Shown one piece after another: positions 61,797 through 64,000 of a stretch of DNA of 64,000 bases. The DNA is taken from positions 759,152 through 823,151 of the forward strand of contig CAVPPB010000003.1 in NCBI GenBank assembly GCA_963707215.1, in the 5' to 3' direction. The notes under the pieces were generated by a model. It was given only the letters and a program-made list of their open reading frames with translations. It ran no database searches and had not been told where the DNA came from. The position numbers and the translations under genes were made by a program. The first letter of the stretch is position 1. Every line of letters begins with the position of its first letter. The DNA is from an uncultured Chloroflexia bacterium. Its GTDB lineage: Bacteria > Chloroflexota > Limnocylindria > Limnocylindrales > CSP1-4.

Positions 61797-64000
61797 GTGA
61801 CCAGCACCGACCGACGACCGAGCCTGGTGGCGGCTCTCACCGCCGCCCTGCTCGTGGCAGGGATGCTCGTCGGGCCCGCCGCGGCATCTCCCACGACCCT
61901 CCTCGCCCCTGCCTCCGATGCCCCGGCGGTCGTCAGCCCGCCGTTCTGGTCGGGCCCCGTCTCGAGGCTCGCCGGCGCCGACCGCTACGCGACTGCGGCT
62001 GCCATCAGCAGGGCGACCTTCCCGAGCCCGCCGGTCCCGGTCGCCTACGTCGCGACGGGCCGGGGCTTCCCCGATGCGCTCGCCGGGGGACCGGCGGCAG
62101 CCGTCGAGGGCGGCCCCATCCTGCTGACCCGCCCGGATCGGCTGCCCGACGTCGTCAGGGCCGAGCTGACCCGCCTCCGACCGGGCAGCATCCGGGTCCT
62201 CGGCGGCCCGGCCGCCGTCTCGGACGCGGTGGTGGCGGCGCTGCGGTCGTACACGAGCGGACCAGTGGCGCGGCTGGCGGGCGTGGATCGCTATGCGACC
62301 GCAGCCCGGATCGTCGAGAACGTCTTCGGCGCCTATCGGGGACCGGTCTTCGTCGCCTCCGGCGGCAACTTCCCCGACGCCCTGGCCGGCGGCGCGGCAG
62401 CGGCCGCCAAGCGTGCGCCGCTCGCCCTGGCCACCATCGACGACGTCCCAGGGTCGATCATGGCGGCCCTCGGGAAGCTGACGCCGACGAGCTTCGTCCT
62501 GCTCGGCGGCCCGGGCGTCCTCGGCGCCCGCGTGGTCGGCGAGCTCCAGGCCCGCTACCCGGGCGTCCCGATCGAGCGCTGGTCGGGACCCGACCGCTAT
62601 GCCACGAGCGCCGCCATCAGCGCGAAGGCCTTCCCGACCGGTGCCGACACGGTCTTCGTCGCCACCGGCACGGACTTCCCCGACGCCCTCGCCGGGGTGC
62701 CGGCCGCCGGGCTGGCCGACGCGCCGCTCCTCCTGGCCACGAAGGGCTGCCTGCCGCCGGCCACCTTCGTCGAGCTGCAGCGACTCGACCCGACGTCGGT
62801 CGTCCTGCTCGGCGGCTCGTCGGTCGTGGATGGGACCGCCCCGACGACGGTCTGCGGGCCACCACCCCAGCCGGCCGGATCGGTCGACTGCCTCGACTTC
62901 CCGAACCGCTCCCTGGCCCAGGCCTGGTACGACCACTACCTGCCGTGGTTCGGGGACATCGCGGGGATCGACGACGACGGGGACGGCCAGGCCTGCGAGT
63001 CGCTGCCCCCGGGGATCGTCCCAGGCTCCGTCGACCGGACCTCGATCCAGCTGCGGGCGACCTATGACGTCAAGGCGACCCTGGGGTTCGACAGCCGTGC
63101 CCTCGGCACCGACACCACGATCACGGCCAGGAACGACTCGGGGGCCGGGATCGACCGGGTCGAGCTCAACACGATCGCCGCCCGGCTCGGAGCCATGCGG
63201 GGCCTGGCCGCCTGGGTCGACGGCCGCAGCGTGCGTCCGTCGGTGACCGACCAGACGATCGTCGTCCCGCTCGGGGGCGTCCTGCCGGCCGGGGGGACGA
63301 CGACGATCCGGGTCGTCTTCCGGGCCACCCTTCGGTCCGGGGTGAGCGGGTCGGACTGGCTGTTCACCCGGGCGAACGGCATCGTGGACCTCTATCGCTG
63401 GATCCCGTGGGTCAGCCTGCGCCGGCCCTTCGACCGCCCGAACCACGGCGACCCCTTCGTCACGCCGGTGAGCCCGCTCGTGCGGGTCAGCCTGACCACC
63501 GACCGGGCGCTCGTCGTCGCCCAGGCCGGCCGGCGGGTCTCCGTGTCCGGGCTGACCCAGGTCTTCGAGGCGCGCGACGTCCGGGACTTCGTGCTGACCG
63601 CCGCCCCCGACTTCCGGACCGGCAGCCGGACGGTGAACGGCGTCCTGGTCCAGGCCTTCGTCCGGCCCGGCGTCAGCAGCTCCGCACGGGTCGAGGCCGC
63701 CGCCACGGCGGTGGCCCGGATGACGGCCAAGCTGGGCTCCTTCCCGACGACCTACCTGGCCGTCGCCCAGTCGGCCGGCGGCTACGGGATGGAGGGACCG
63801 GGGATCATCTGGATCCCGGGCTCCGTGTCGTCGTCATCGCTGCCGTACCTGGTCACCCACGAGACCGCCCACCAGTGGTTCTACGCCGCGGTCGGCAACG
63901 ACCAGGCCAACCACCCGTTCGTGGACGAGGCGGCGACCGACTTCCTCGCCCGCCACGTCCTGGGCATGCGCCGGGCCAGCCAGTGCAGCGCGGGCCGCCT
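61797..64000 (+). CDS. Secreted multidomain protein: 3x cell-wall-binding repeat + Excalibur Ca-binding domain + HExxH metallopeptidase-like region (3' partial)
   Basis: GTG start at 61797, then signal peptide VTSTDRRPSLVAALTAALLVAGMLVGPAAA. Three ~100-aa repeats each have ADRYATAAAIS...FPDALAGG. An Excalibur-like DCLDFPNRSLAQAWYDHYLPWFGDIAGIDDDGDGQACE follows. Near the window edge are HETAHQWFY and a downstream Glu (EAATDF), i.e. HExxH+E. The frame has no stop before 64000 and is absent from the ORF track, presumably because it is incomplete. Confidence 0.55.
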   Translation, partial: MTSTDRRPSLVAALTAALLVAGMLVGPAAASPTTLLAPASDAPAVVSPPFWSGPVSRLAGADRYATAAAISRATFPSPPVPVAYVATGRGFPDALAGGPAAAVEGGPILLTRPDRLPDVVRAELTRLRPGSIRVLGGPAAVSDAVVAALRSYTSGPVARLAGVDRYATAARIVENVFGAYRGPVFVASGGNFPDALAGGAAAAAKRAPLALATIDDVPGSIMAALGKLTPTSFVLLGGPGVLGARVVGELQARYPGVPIERWSGPDRYATSAAISAKAFPTGADTVFVATGTDFPDALAGVPAAGLADAPLLLATKGCLPPATFVELQRLDPTSVVLLGGSSVVDGTAPTTVCGPPPQPAGSVDCLDFPNRSLAQAWYDHYLPWFGDIAGIDDDGDGQACESLPPGIVPGSVDRTSIQLRATYDVKATLGFDSRALGTDTTITARNDSGAGIDRVELNTIAARLGAMRGLAAWVDGRSVRPSVTDQTIVVPLGGVLPAGGTTTIRVVFRATLRSGVSGSDWLFTRANGIVDLYRWIPWVSLRRPFDRPNHGDPFVTPVSPLVRVSLTTDRALVVAQAGRRVSVSGLTQVFEARDVRDFVLTAAPDFRTGSRTVNGVLVQAFVRPGVSSSARVEAAATAVARMTAKLGSFPTTYLAVAQSAGGYGMEGPGIIWIPGSVSSSSLPYLVTHETAHQWFYAAVGNDQANHPFVDEAATDFLARHVLGMRRASQCSAGR

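Overview
This is a high-GC (about 70-72%) window, actinobacterial-like and almost entirely protein-coding; third codon positions are strongly G/C. Most long 'ORFs' in the six-frame track are Arg/Pro/Gly-rich shadows of real genes on the opposite strand or in another frame. I call about 50 genes.

Main content, in order:
- A tightly packed minus-strand array: lhr helicase, nei/fpg glycosylase, yitJ-like homocysteine methyltransferase/MTHFR fusion, metH, a 92-aa ORF whose ATG overlaps the metH stop, an Ntn amidotransferase-like gene and an MFS transporter. Several junctions are 4-bp GTGA/ATGA start-stop overlaps.
- A protein that appears to fuse a histone-deacetylase (AcuC-like) domain with a GNAT acetyltransferase domain.
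- tatA, cutA, a NUDIX-MBL fusion, a GNAT, a DUF255 thioredoxin-fold protein and a GMC oxidoreductase.
- A Cys/His/Asp peptidase-like gene that is split by a frameshift.
- A possible eRF1/Dom34-like (baeRF) protein.
- cspA followed by an SPFH / ribbon-helix-helix / membrane-protein cluster.
- A squalene-cyclase-like alpha/alpha-toroid protein whose stop overlaps the start of a membrane-anchored hypothetical.
- A 1.15-kb low-GC (about 57%) island with no coding signal, sitting next to a ligD that is broken by two frameshifts. An intact ku lies 8 kb away.
- Between ligD and ku: a DUF5655-like gene, an APH-like kinase, two GT4 glycosyltransferases, a PadR module with a textbook TTGACA-17-TATATA promoter, and OsmC.
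- A purine-catabolism cluster: a Mo-hydroxylase (XDH/CODH-type) with a fused FeS+FAD subunit and its large subunit, a DUF190 protein, guanine deaminase, an FGGY kinase and a GlcD-like FAD oxidase.
- A partial secreted cell-wall-binding-repeat / Excalibur / HExxH metallopeptidase-like protein at the 3' edge.

I found no rRNA, tRNA or CRISPR.

Most worth a second look: the low-GC island, the three frameshifts (two in ligD, one in the peptidase-like gene), the deacetylase-acetyltransferase fusion, a 19-nt motif shared between a palindrome upstream of lhr and the site 10 nt upstream of the cyclase-like gene, and the metH-coupled small ORF.
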